Below, piece by piece: positions 26,537 through 35,658 of a stretch of 64,000 nt of DNA (the stretch's first letter is position 1; each line of letters begins with the position of its first letter). A program made the position numbers and the translations under genes. The DNA is from a virus: the IMG/VR virus record IMGVR_UViG_3300019487_000001, positions 1-64,000 of that record. One strand, 5' to 3'. Under the pieces are notes generated by a model that had not been told where the DNA came from, did no database searches, and saw nothing but the letters and a program-made list of their open reading frames with translations.

Positions 26537-27305
26537 AAGCAGTCAATTTTTCCTGTAAATATTTAAGATTGGGATCTTTTTTAAGTAAGCGCCACACTTC
26601 CTGCGTAGAAATAGCCCAACCCCGTGAAGGTCCTGGAGGAGTGGGCTTACCAAAGAACGACGGTTCTACGAATCCACCAACAATTAAAACGGCAACTCCT
26701 CGTATCTTCATATCATTATCAACGACGGGGCCACCCGAATTGCCGAAGTAAGTATAGGCGTCAATTACAAAGGCTCTAGCGTAGTATTTAGTACCTTCAT
26801 GAATTTGTTTGATCATGGAGACGATGCCATAGTTAATTTGGAAATCGTCTGACATGGGAGCCGGGAATCCAGCTATATAAATAGGCTGTCCGGGGTAAGG
26901 CAGCTCTTTGGACATTCTTAAGAATGTCAGCTGCTGATCGAAACGAGAAATGGTCTTAAGAATTGCAAGATCCGTGTCTTTGTCTTGGGATAGGATTGTG
27001 ACAGCGAAATAGGTCTTACCTATTCCATCTGGTCGCCCGAATGGGCTTCTTGTCGTAGAGGTTGCACGAGCATAGAGTTTACCGCCCTTTTCGTCACAAT
27101 CATCTACAACATGTCGAGCGGTTAATATATAGGCATTATCACCGGGCTCGTGATATATGACAGCTCCGCTGCCGGACCCGAAGCCGGTCTTCATATCAGG
27201 CTTCATGCAAACAATTCTTGGAGTAGCTGAGGCTAGATATTCAAAGTCTTCACGTGAGGGTTCTTGGGCCTTTAGGGATGGGTCACTTAAGAGGAGAACC
27301 GTCAT
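26442..27305 (-). CDS. secreted trypsin-like (S1) serine protease
   Basis: Catalytic triad contexts TARHVV, DLAILK, GNSGGPVV. The signal-peptide-like sequence KIKRYLFLAALMTVLLLSDPSLKA continues in frame upstream of the first ATG, where only ATA (27335) or CTG (27353) are available as starts. Confidence 0.75.
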   Translation of the reverse strand: MTVLLLSDPSLKAQEPSREDFEYLASATPRIVCMKPDMKTGFGSGSGAVIYHEPGDNAYILTARHVVDDCDEKGGKLYARATSTTRSPFGRPDGIGKTYFAVTILSQDKDTDLAILKTISRFDQQLTFLRMSKELPYPGQPIYIAGFPAPMSDDFQINYGIVSMIKQIHEGTKYYARAFVIDAYTYFGNSGGPVVDNDMKIRGVAVLIVGGFVEPSFFGKPTPPGPSRGWAISTQEVWRLLKKDPNLKYLQEKLTAYESEAIRKEATGLERTETPAQNATSNPTPSR

Positions 27306-27871
27306 TAGTGCGGCGAGAAATAAATACCTCTTTATTTTAGGTAACGTTTCCAGATGGTATCCGTCTCCTTGGCGCCTGGCACACGCCAGGGATGTTCATT
27401 CCAAACATTGAGTAGATTACCGTTCAGGCCATCTAAGAAAAGCTACATTAAGATACTGAACAGTTTATCGGTAGGATTCAACCGCCTCTTCAGCAAGTTG
27501 AAACGACAGACTACTTGACAGGTCCGACCGTGGAGTAGAAGATTTCACTTCTGAGTCCAATCGCCGTAAACCGGCTGCCATCTTCACTGTATTAGTCTAT
27601 TGCAGGACCTCGTACCTCGCGCTTTTCCAATTATTGGGTATCTACTCAATGCTTGAAATCTTTTATACAGAACTTCTTTTCTTTCAGCCAGTGTTATCTT
27701 TTCATTTCCAGGAATATCTACAAGGATCTTACTATAGAGAGCCACTCTTTCATAAAACCCTCGTCTGAGACCGGCTAAGTCTCAAAGCGACATGGACCTG
27801 GATGTTATACGTTATAAGTTAATAAAGCTAATCTTATACATCATAGGAGGTGTGTTAAGATATGCCTCCTT

Positions 27872-27947
27872 AGGTTTTGTAATTCTCAAGGCAACGCCTT
27901 GAGAATTACAAAACCTCGATACGTGGATACCCGTTGGTTACCAACGG
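27872..27947 (-). terminator. tandem hairpins downstream of ORF 27956..28375 (putative terminator/processing site)
   Basis: Perfect 20-bp stem 27872-27891/27895-27914 with a 3-nt loop, and an 8-bp stem 27929-27947. No clear U-tract follows. Confidence 0.4.
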
Positions 27948-27955
27948 GATCGACT

Positions 27956-28375
27956 CTACTTGGCTCTGGTTTCTTCCTCCATGTTAGTAATGCCTCGACC
28001 AAACGGTTGTATACTTTTGATAAACGGATTCGAGAGAATCCGTTGTCTTAGTGTTTCAACAAGTTCAAAGTCTTGACTGAACTTGAAGAGAAAGTTGTCG
28101 GGTGTAATACCCGTTGAATTGCTTGTTGCGTTGGGATCACCGGCAGATCTTCGATTAGCGAGGTAGGATGATAGGTCAGCTATCGCACGCATGGTAAGAC
28201 CCATCTGAATAGCTTTGCCTTTCATTGGGTCCTTGACGACAGATACCGAGCATTCATGTAGAATGTTGTTGAGAGCGATACCTTCTTCAACGGTGAGCCC
28301 CTCGGGGAAATTATCGATGAGAATTTTTACCAGTTTGTCACTGACGGTGCCCTGGATAGGAAACTTATTTAACAC
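27956..28375 (-). CDS. hypothetical protein
   Basis: 139-aa ORF. Confidence 0.55.
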   Translation of the reverse strand: MLNKFPIQGTVSDKLVKILIDNFPEGLTVEEGIALNNILHECSVSVVKDPMKGKAIQMGLTMRAIADLSSYLANRRSAGDPNATSNSTGITPDNFLFKFSQDFELVETLRQRILSNPFIKSIQPFGRGITNMEEETRAK

Positions 28376-28490
28376 GGTATCCTCCTAAAAATATCATAAG
28401 TTTATGACTATTATAGCAAGCTCAATATCTATGTGTCAACAAGGTTATCGATATATCGATATAAGATAGGTTAACTGCTTGTAGTTACAG

Positions 28491-28952
28491 CTAATTACGG
28501 TATTTAATGTTCTTCTCGAGAATTGTCGGGTAGGCCTTAGCAAAGTATTCGTTGGATACCCGAGTGAACGTGTTCTTGCGGCTGACGTAGGTGTCAAAGT
28601 CCTTAGATTGAACACCGGTTAACAAATGCTTAGGATAATGATCCTTTAACCAGGCTAAAAATTGTTCACCAGTTACTTCCGTAAGACTCAATGTTACAGT
28701 ACCTTCGGGTGTAGTGACAGGAAGAAAAATGGGATTTTCAGCTTCGATCTTAGCGGGCAATAACGCGATAGCTTGATCTTCTTTTGGCTTGAGAAAGGTC
28801 TCGAGCGAAAGATCTTCCTGTTTAGTTTGCTCTGTCTTGGTTGGCAATACCGTGGGCGCTTCGGTTGAAATTGATGGCTTGTCTCCGAGAATAGGATCAT
28901 TCTCGAATAGATCGTTGAAGAGTTCTTTGTCTTTCGAGTCTTTACCCATCAT
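28491..28952 (-). CDS. hypothetical protein
   Basis: 153-aa ORF. Confidence 0.55.
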   Translation of the reverse strand: MMGKDSKDKELFNDLFENDPILGDKPSISTEAPTVLPTKTEQTKQEDLSLETFLKPKEDQAIALLPAKIEAENPIFLPVTTPEGTVTLSLTEVTGEQFLAWLKDHYPKHLLTGVQSKDFDTYVSRKNTFTRVSNEYFAKAYPTILEKNIKYRN

Positions 28953-28970
28953 ATCTTCTTCTCCCTTCGG

Positions 28971-29876
28971 CTAAACACCAATAACCTCGCAGTAGTCCTT
29001 ATGGATGATAACCATGATCTCTTGATGAGCGCAAATGCCGCTCTCGTCTTCTAACAACACGGTCCACCCATCTTTTGGATCAACTTTGAGCTTATCACTG
29101 TCAGCCTTAATGAACATAGGCTCAATACATAGCACCATACCAGACTTTAATTTCTCATTTGCCCACCCGGTTGCCCATGTACACGGCACATGGGGATCCA
29201 TATGAAGCTCACGGCCAATGCCGTGACCACCGTATTGGGTGGGAACCGTAAAATTATTTCTACGAGCGAAATCTCTTATGAATATCCCTATATCCATAAG
29301 AGTCCAGCTTGCATTGAGTTTTGCTGTCAGCTGCAGGAGACAGTCTCTCATAGCTGTTACCATTCTAAAACCCTCAGAATTAGTAACGATCATATCGAGA
29401 GCAGAATTCGCTCCTTCGATCAAACAAGAACTATCTACCGGCAAATACGACCTGGCTAAATCAGCGCACCACCCAGCCTTAGTTCTTAGGGCAATGTCGA
29501 TGGTAAACGGTGGCAGAGGAGGCATCATCGTTGTAGCGTAAAGAGGCCTTCTACCTGGTATGTCAGCAGTGGTTAAAAAGTCTATGTTGCCAACTGGTAC
29601 ACCGTGGACCAAGGCAGAGTTTTGCGAGATACAGCATGTATAGTTAAAGGTCTTTTCAGGATCCTGGAAGTCAGGATAACCAAATAATACCGGATCCGCT
29701 TTATGCAATGATATGAAACTGGCAACAGCTTTATCGATATCACTTAGATCTATAGATTTGACACCATCTCGAAGAAGCTCTTTGATATACATGTAGGTAG
29801 CATCATGGACCTGGGACAGCGTCGCCGCTGCCTCTTTAATGTGCCCCAACTCTTCTTCGTTATACGTCGTACTCAT
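28971..29876 (-). CDS. M24 metallopeptidase, methionine-aminopeptidase-like
   Basis: YGGHGIGRELHMDPHVP matches the MetAP GHGIG..FHE.P.V motif. CIEPMF and the later HQE supply further metal ligands. Confidence 0.7.
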   Translation of the reverse strand: MSTTYNEEELGHIKEAAATLSQVHDATYMYIKELLRDGVKSIDLSDIDKAVASFISLHKADPVLFGYPDFQDPEKTFNYTCCISQNSALVHGVPVGNIDFLTTADIPGRRPLYATTMMPPLPPFTIDIALRTKAGWCADLARSYLPVDSSCLIEGANSALDMIVTNSEGFRMVTAMRDCLLQLTAKLNASWTLMDIGIFIRDFARRNNFTVPTQYGGHGIGRELHMDPHVPCTWATGWANEKLKSGMVLCIEPMFIKADSDKLKVDPKDGWTVLLEDESGICAHQEIMVIIHKDYCEVIGV

Positions 29877-30405
29877 GAAAGATTCTTTCCAATTCCTGTG
29901 AAAGTTCTACGAGTTCTTCATGGTCCAGTTTTTTAATAATGTTCGCAAGAGCGCTCTTTTGGACAAAAGCAAAAACACCTGTTGCATAAGACAGAAGAGA
30001 ACTCTTCTTGACATCATGGAATGACAGTAGGCTAATCCCGTGATCCGTGGCGAGCTTTTGTGCCCGAAGCCAAGTCGCACACTCGAGGTTGTAGATCTCA
30101 ATCACGGTCTTGTTACACAGGGGAACTCCTACGAATTCGTTCTCCCTATTCCATACCACGTGAGCGAGCTCATGAAGTAATACGACAGCGGTGTAATCTT
30201 CTTGTTCGTCTTGCCAAAAATCCTCGAACGACAGTAAAACTGCCGGATTGTTTTTGGTAACATGTGCGGCGCTTGTATCCACTCCGCCTACATAAACCGG
30301 CACTTCGTTTAATTCACATAGGGCCAAGACAGCATGGAACGACAGAGATTTCTTCATCTTCCGTTTCAGTAAAAAAGGCGATATGGCTCTGTAGATAAAA
30401 TCCAT
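29860..30405 (-). CDS. putative HExxH metallopeptidase-like protein
   Basis: LLHELAHVVW motif. 181 aa. Confidence 0.45.
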   Translation of the reverse strand: MDFIYRAISPFLLKRKMKKSLSFHAVLALCELNEVPVYVGGVDTSAAHVTKNNPAVLLSFEDFWQDEQEDYTAVVLLHELAHVVWNRENEFVGVPLCNKTVIEIYNLECATWLRAQKLATDHGISLLSFHDVKKSSLLSYATGVFAFVQKSALANIIKKLDHEELVELSQELERIFHEYDV

Positions 30406-30408
30406 AGC

Positions 30409-31764
30409 TTAAGTCTTTTTATACCGTCCTCGTATAAACCCTCTAAAATAATCTATTTGATTGTTCTTAGGATCTTCAAGAGCGAGCCCTAGGCAATCAC
30501 TAAGAATCTTCTTAAATTTAGGACCAGGCTTAAATCCCATCTTAACAAGATCTTCGCCGGAGATAGCAAGATCCTTGACTGTCATTGGCACCGAAGTTTT
30601 CTCAAATTGAATGAGTTTACGAAGCAAGCACTTCATTGGCCATGTTATGGCAGGCTTACCTTCTTTAGCTCGGTTGCCTTTGCGATCAGCCATGCGCAGC
30701 CTTAACAAGTCTCTAGTGTGGGGTGCCACAGTTACGGCCCATCGTTTTATAGTTGAGTCTTTCGTGTCTTCGGCAAAGCGCCACATGTGGTGGCGAACTA
30801 GCAAGACAACCTGAGCAGTCCAATCACCGGGAAACTTTAACCGAGTCATAATAGCGTCGGCCTTGTTAGCTCCGACGACTTCGTGTTTGTGAAAACTCGC
30901 GTAACCCCTGACAACTCTTTTAGTGTCAGGTTTGCCTATATCGTGAAAAAGCGCAGCAAACCGGAGGATTGTTCTTTTCGGTGAAACCGCGTCAACAACT
31001 TTAAGTATGTGTGTGTAAACATCGTCTTTGTGGTACTTGTTTTGCTCAACGCCGTGACACTGCTGGAGTTCAGGGATGATGAACGGCAAAAGACCCGTGT
31101 TACGCATGGCGTTAAAAGCTTTGGACGGGAGAGGATACTTCATGGCCTTAACGAGCTCGCCCTGGATCCTCTCGGCAGAGAGCCCATCAATATCCCAGGC
31201 ATTCTCTTTGATAGCTCTAAAGAGATCCTGGGAGATAATCATCCCGGTGCCATAGGCAGCAAACCTACAGGCTCTCAGCATACGGAGCCGGTCTTCTCTT
31301 AAACGCTCTTCTGGATCGCCTACAGCCCTCAGGCTGCGTTGCTTGAGATCAGCTTGACCTCCGAACGGGTCTATGAGGTTTCCGTTCAAATCTAGGGCCA
31401 TAGCGTTAATAGTGAAGTCACGCCTGGCTAGGTCGGTTTCAAGATCGCTAGTGAATTCCACCTCTGCGTGACGCCCGTCACAACTAACATCCTTACGGAA
31501 CGTAGTGATTTGACACGAGAATTTGGACGGCTCATGGAAAACAGAGATGGTTCCATGCTTAATGCCTAGAGGAATTACCTTATAGGTACCCTCAAACAAT
31601 GTGGTGAGAAGCTCCGGTGTCGCTGGAGTAGAGAGGTCCCAATCCATGGGTACCTGCCCCGCGACCAAGTCGCGGACTGCGCCTCCTACGATGTAGGATT
31701 TCACACCACGCTTATCAAGAAAGACCATGAGGTCTTTCAATACAGTCGGAACTTTTTCGAGCAT
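30409..31764 (-). CDS. cca: CCA-adding tRNA nucleotidyltransferase with HD domain
   Basis: GGAVRDLVAG, DWDLST, ARRDFTINAMA, HD motif LFHDIGKP. Confidence 0.9.
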   Translation of the reverse strand: MLEKVPTVLKDLMVFLDKRGVKSYIVGGAVRDLVAGQVPMDWDLSTPATPELLTTLFEGTYKVIPLGIKHGTISVFHEPSKFSCQITTFRKDVSCDGRHAEVEFTSDLETDLARRDFTINAMALDLNGNLIDPFGGQADLKQRSLRAVGDPEERLREDRLRMLRACRFAAYGTGMIISQDLFRAIKENAWDIDGLSAERIQGELVKAMKYPLPSKAFNAMRNTGLLPFIIPELQQCHGVEQNKYHKDDVYTHILKVVDAVSPKRTILRFAALFHDIGKPDTKRVVRGYASFHKHEVVGANKADAIMTRLKFPGDWTAQVVLLVRHHMWRFAEDTKDSTIKRWAVTVAPHTRDLLRLRMADRKGNRAKEGKPAITWPMKCLLRKLIQFEKTSVPMTVKDLAISGEDLVKMGFKPGPKFKKILSDCLGLALEDPKNNQIDYFRGFIRGRYKKT

Positions 31765-31776
31765 GTTAGCTCTTTC

Positions 31777-32040
31777 TTAATTGAACGATGGACCAGAGTC
31801 GCCCGAGGGATTATTGCGCTTCTTCATGAAGTTCATAACCCTTGGATCGACGGGCTGGAAATCGTTCTCTGTGCTTTCCACAAATTCTGTTGGAACAGTT
31901 ACTAGAGTAAAGGCACCATCAGTATTGGCTATAACCCCATGCCTGATTGGCACCCTGCCCTCACTAAACATTATATTGAGAGCTTCTTCCAGCTTTTGTG
32001 CATTTGCGCACTGAGAGACTTTAAACGGACCTTTAGACAT
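31777..32040 (-). CDS. hypothetical protein
   Basis: 87-aa ORF. Confidence 0.5.
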   Translation of the reverse strand: MSKGPFKVSQCANAQKLEEALNIMFSEGRVPIRHGVIANTDGAFTLVTVPTEFVESTENDFQPVDPRVMNFMKKRNNPSGDSGPSFN

Positions 32041-32094
32041 ATAATAGACTCCTCATATTCGCTCCTCGCTGCCCTCGTCGCTGGGCGCGAGAAA

Positions 32095-32376
32095 TTACTT
32101 TCTCTTTCTGTAATCTTCTAAATTGATAACCTTACCATTAGTACCAGTACCTTTGACAACGGACAGAGACGACAGTGGTGGCTTACACTCTGGTTCTCTG
32201 CGAACAACCTTCACGAGCTCGATAAACTTGATACAAAACTTGACAGTATAGAAGACTGTGAAGACCGCCAAGGCGGTAAGTAAAATAGATATTAGTCCCA
32301 TGAGCACAAACGTCATGATCACTATTCTACCACCTGTATACCACAAAGATTCCCGTTGTAAGGCCATAATTCCCAT
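32095..32376 (-). CDS. small membrane protein
   Basis: One long TM segment IVIMTFVLMGLISILLTALAVFTVFYTV. Confidence 0.5.
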   Translation of the reverse strand: MGIMALQRESLWYTGGRIVIMTFVLMGLISILLTALAVFTVFYTVKFCIKFIELVKVVRREPECKPPLSSLSVVKGTGTNGKVINLEDYRKRK

Positions 32377-32962
32377 CCAGCGTTATCAACTGGGGCGCTA
32401 TTGGTTCATCATATAAACTGTTTGTTTCTCTCATTCCACTAAACCTCGTATAGAATCCCATGATATTAGGGGCAGATTGCCAGTACGGCTTCACGAACCC
32501 CTCTATAGTGATACTATCACAAGGTCTATATTGAAGTCCAGTGCCAATTGCAGTTCCAAGCACTGGTGCACCTGGGTATGCGAATGACTGTTCAATATCA
32601 ATGAACGGATAGACCGGCATATCCCCTACCGGGATCAACCGAGTCGTAACATCTATGACAGGGAAGCGTTTGTTGAAATCTAAGGTGAATGGAACATAGT
32701 AGTCTCCTCCGGTCGACTTATCGTCTGGAGGAAGTACCTTGGGAATGTTTTGCTGTGGTGTCGTCGGATTAGGATCACGCCTAAAATTATTGGGCTGATC
32801 CAAGTGACCACCGAATGTCAAACCTTCATCGTGTTTGGTATAACGGAAGTCGTACCCAAAGAGCTGATAGTGATGGAAGTTAGGTTCACTTCGAACGGAA
32901 GAAGGTGAAATAAGCAAAAAGAAAGCTAGCAACGACAAGAATAGCCATAAACGTGTTGTCAT
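32327..32962 (-). CDS. secreted protein, possible small outer-membrane beta-barrel
   Basis: Signal peptide MTTRLWLFLSLLAFFLLISPSSVRS. C-terminus GIFVVYRW resembles an OMP beta-signal (alternating hydrophobics, terminal aromatic). Confidence 0.45.
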   Translation of the reverse strand: MTTRLWLFLSLLAFFLLISPSSVRSEPNFHHYQLFGYDFRYTKHDEGLTFGGHLDQPNNFRRDPNPTTPQQNIPKVLPPDDKSTGGDYYVPFTLDFNKRFPVIDVTTRLIPVGDMPVYPFIDIEQSFAYPGAPVLGTAIGTGLQYRPCDSITIEGFVKPYWQSAPNIMGFYTRFSGMRETNSLYDEPIAPQLITLDGNYGLTTGIFVVYRW

Positions 32963-32994
32963 CCATATACACCTCTAATTTAAGCCGTGCCGTT

Positions 32995-33120
32995 CTACTT
33001 CTTTATAAAGATACGGATAGCAGCTAATATAATACCACCTGGAAGCAAGGAAATCAAGGTCAACTTAATGACTTCTCCCCATAAGATACGGCGTTTACGG
33101 GGCGGTTTCTGTAAAGCCAC
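32995..33120 (-). CDS. 41-aa tail-anchored membrane peptide
   Basis: GTG start 7 nt after AGGAG. Reads ALQKPPRKRRILWGEVIKLTLISLLPGGIILAAIRIFIKK. Preferred over the antisense track ORF 32987..33196. Confidence 0.3.
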   Translation of the reverse strand: MALQKPPRKRRILWGEVIKLTLISLLPGGIILAAIRIFIKK

Positions 33121-33150
33121 TGTGATTCTCCTAGGTTACGCGTTATCCGC

Positions 33151-33182
33151 AAAGAAAAAGCCCCCGGCTTTCACCGGGGGCC
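33151..33182 (-). terminator. intrinsic terminator after the RRM gene
   Basis: Minus strand reads gcccccgg-tgaaa-gccgggggc followed by tttttcttt. Confidence 0.75.
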
Positions 33183-33197
33183 TATCTCACGCTTGAT

Positions 33198-33506
33198 TTA
33201 GTAGCGCTTACCGTAGCCACCACGATTCTCACGTGGCGCCATTTCGCGGGCTTCATTCACAGTAATCTCACGGCCATCAAAGTCCGTGCCATTCAACTGA
33301 GAAATCGCTGAAGCAGCTTCTTCTTCCGAAGAGTACTCCACGAAGCCGAACCCACGGCTCCGACCCGACTCTTTGTCTTTGATGACACGAGCCGAGGTGA
33401 CTTCACCGAGAGCCGCAAAATGCGCACTCAGTGTTTGGTCGCTTACCGAGAACGGCAAGTTTCCAATATATAACTTCTTACCCACAGTGACCTCCTTATA
33501 CCGCAA
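33198..33506 (-). CDS. RRM-type RNA-binding protein
   Basis: RNP-2 KLYIGNL, RNP-1 RGFGFVEY, Gly/Arg-rich tail. Confidence 0.9.
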   Translation of the reverse strand: MRYKEVTVGKKLYIGNLPFSVSDQTLSAHFAALGEVTSARVIKDKESGRSRGFGFVEYSSEEEAASAISQLNGTDFDGREITVNEAREMAPRENRGGYGKRY

Positions 33507-33613
33507 ACCTGATGCACTGTAATACTCAGGCTGCTCTTACGAAGAGTGCCGATACAAGACACTCACGGTACTATACCGAAGGTCTTTTCTCTGAAAAGCT
33601 ACTCTTACTTGTT

Positions 33614-33778
33614 TTACTTCTTATGATAGTCTCCATGCTTATACGCTTCGTATATAGCATCGGCTTCACCACTACCAATATACCCTTCATCTCTACAAAA
33701 GTCACATAAATCTTGCTCTAGAGACTCAGAATTTTCTTCATCTAGTTCAACATCGCATCGCTCACATACGGGATTCAC
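33614..33778 (-). CDS. 54-aa zinc-ribbon-like peptide
   Basis: GTG after GGAGAT. Reads VNPVCERCDV..LCDFCRDEG.. (two CxxC pairs). Below the track cutoff. Confidence 0.4.
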   Translation of the reverse strand: MNPVCERCDVELDEENSESLEQDLCDFCRDEGYIGSGEADAIYEAYKHGDYHKK

Positions 33779-33794
33779 GTTAGTATCTCCAAGA

Positions 33795-34157
33795 CTACTT
33801 GTTGTAATAAAGATCTTCTCGTTGGTGATTGTCTAAAAGCATAATAAGCTTAGCCAATTCCACCCCACGAGTATCTTCGAGAGATTCAGCTTCTTTCATA
33901 CAGACTGAGATCGTAATATCGTCTAACAATCCTTGATGCAGCACGGCATTGAGATTTCCACCCTTTTCGTTACCACGCGATTGGTAGTAAGATGCAGCCA
34001 AGTCTCCGACATGCTCGACTTGTTTTTGTCGACTTAGGTTCTTAAAAGCCGCTATCTCTTTGCTATACAGTGGCATCTTAGTATCTCCAGTGATGGAACC
34101 CGCCGCCCCAATAACCACCACCGTACTGGTAACCGTCATTGTGGTAGTGAGGACCAA
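33795..34157 (-). CDS. hypothetical protein
   Basis: 120-aa ORF. The 5' end overlaps the upstream ORF, so the start is uncertain. Confidence 0.45.
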   Translation of the reverse strand: MVLTTTMTVTSTVVVIGAAGSITGDTKMPLYSKEIAAFKNLSRQKQVEHVGDLAASYYQSRGNEKGGNLNAVLHQGLLDDITISVCMKEAESLEDTRGVELAKLIMLLDNHQREDLYYNK

Positions 34158-34461
34158 TAACTTGGCAGCTATTGAGATAAGGCTGCTGGACGTAGAGATC
34201 CCAGTCTCGAGGACGAGCCGAGGTCTTATAGTCCGGTCTTTGAGGATCTGAGTAATTCAGGTCTCGGGGGAGATCTGAATAACGAAGACCGACCAGGTCT
34301 CTATTCATGGCTGTAATCGTACAGCCAGACGAGCATAGTATAAACAACGCAAGCACTACGAATGCTACAATGCCAGCTATAAGCGTATCTCTTTGCATGA
34401 GCAAGTCAGGCCGTAGAACTTTTTTCTTAGACCTATTCTTTTTTCGTTTCATCTTTCTCAT
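34078..34461 (-). CDS. membrane-anchored/lipoprotein-like hypothetical protein
   Basis: Basic N-terminus, TM segment, then CSSGC. Confidence 0.45.
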   Translation of the reverse strand: MRKMKRKKNRSKKKVLRPDLLMQRDTLIAGIVAFVVLALFILCSSGCTITAMNRDLVGLRYSDLPRDLNYSDPQRPDYKTSARPRDWDLYVQQPYLNSCQVIGPHYHNDGYQYGGGYWGGGFHHWRY

Positions 34462-34663
34462 TGGTAACCTCCGGGGTATATGGGATCCTTACTAAATAAC
34501 GGATCTCGATATATCCCTTTTCTTTGTTTCCTGCATCCAGCTTGTTATCCATCTGAACGACGCGGTGTTCAATAGTATCCCACTGAACACCATAAGCATT
34601 CAAGAATTCTTTAAGTTTTTCTAGGAATGCACCGATCATGATACTATCTAAACCTTCTAGCAT
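34433..34663 (-). CDS. hypothetical protein
   Basis: 76-aa ORF. Confidence 0.45.
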   Translation of the reverse strand: MLEGLDSIMIGAFLEKLKEFLNAYGVQWDTIEHRVVQMDNKLDAGNKEKGYIEIRYLVRIPYTPEVTNEKDETKKE

Positions 34664-35147
34664 CTAATTCCCGCTTGAGCCTTTGTGCTTCTCGCTTCCA
34701 TTGTTCCTTGGCATCTCTTTGTTTACTTGCGTATTCAGAAAGATATGCCTTGATCTCAAAATCACATCGTGCACGTTCTTCGGCTGTAACCACCATCTTA
34801 AAATCAAAGAAGTGCTGGTACTCATGTAGAAGCGCTTCGGGATCATCTTTGAGATAACCCGCCTCGTTCTTAACTGGATTGTAATATCCTGAAGCTAGAT
34901 CATCTGCAGCGCTACGATGTTCTTTCATCTGTTCCATCGTAAGTGCCGTGGTCTTAGGCCGTTCAAGCATTAGGTTGTAACCACAGCGACGCCTAAGAGT
35001 CTCAGGAACTGCTTCTTCGATTGTCTCAACGGTACTAAAGAATGCAGCCTTCTCGTCTTGGACGTCTTGCCAGGTCTGTATACGATTGATCGTTATACAC
35101 CCAGAGGAGAGAACTAACATTAAACTAATTAAAACTAACTTTTTCAT
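34644..35147 (-). CDS. lipoprotein with HExxH motif (paralog A)
   Basis: Start taken at MKKLVLISLMLVLSSGC (lipobox). Contains LLHEYQHFFDF. Confidence 0.55.
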   Translation of the reverse strand: MKKLVLISLMLVLSSGCITINRIQTWQDVQDEKAAFFSTVETIEEAVPETLRRRCGYNLMLERPKTTALTMEQMKEHRSAADDLASGYYNPVKNEAGYLKDDPEALLHEYQHFFDFKMVVTAEERARCDFEIKAYLSEYASKQRDAKEQWKREAQRLKRELDARRFR

Positions 35148-35157
35148 GACTCTATCC

Positions 35158-35658
35158 TTATAGGCTGAACCTGTAAAATATAATAGACTCTGTACCTGCC
35201 CAGGTGCCATAACGAGAAACAAGCTCGCTAGAGCATTGTGGGCTTAACTTATTTGCTAGCACATAGAAGTGCAGGTATTCATGTACCAGGGTTTTAAACT
35301 GTGATCTTAACACGTTCTCGTGTCCCGGACCCCAGCTCCAACCGTCTTTAACATAGATACGATTACCTACTTCGTCATAGCAACCGTTAATAGGGTCTAC
35401 GTTGAGCTCATCGCTCTCTTCGACTTTACAAGCCTCAACTAGAGTTTTGGTGGGAAGATACTCCACAATGGGTGGCATAAGATTATAGTTGACGTTACAA
35501 CGCGATTTCCACGGCTCTTTGCCAAGAGCACGGTGAATTACATGCTTTGCTGTTTCACGTGCCTGGAACTCTTTATCAGCCATATTGGCTAGCTGAGTTC
35601 TTACACTTACGCAACTTAAGGTTGCGCATAGAAACATTATTGCGCATAGTTTTTTCAT
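35158..35658 (-). CDS. lipoprotein with HExxH motif (paralog B)
   Basis: Start taken at MKKLCAIMFLCATLSC. Contains LVHEYLHFYVL. Confidence 0.55.
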   Translation of the reverse strand: MKKLCAIMFLCATLSCVSVRTQLANMADKEFQARETAKHVIHRALGKEPWKSRCNVNYNLMPPIVEYLPTKTLVEACKVEESDELNVDPINGCYDEVGNRIYVKDGWSWGPGHENVLRSQFKTLVHEYLHFYVLANKLSPQCSSELVSRYGTWAGTESIIFYRFSL

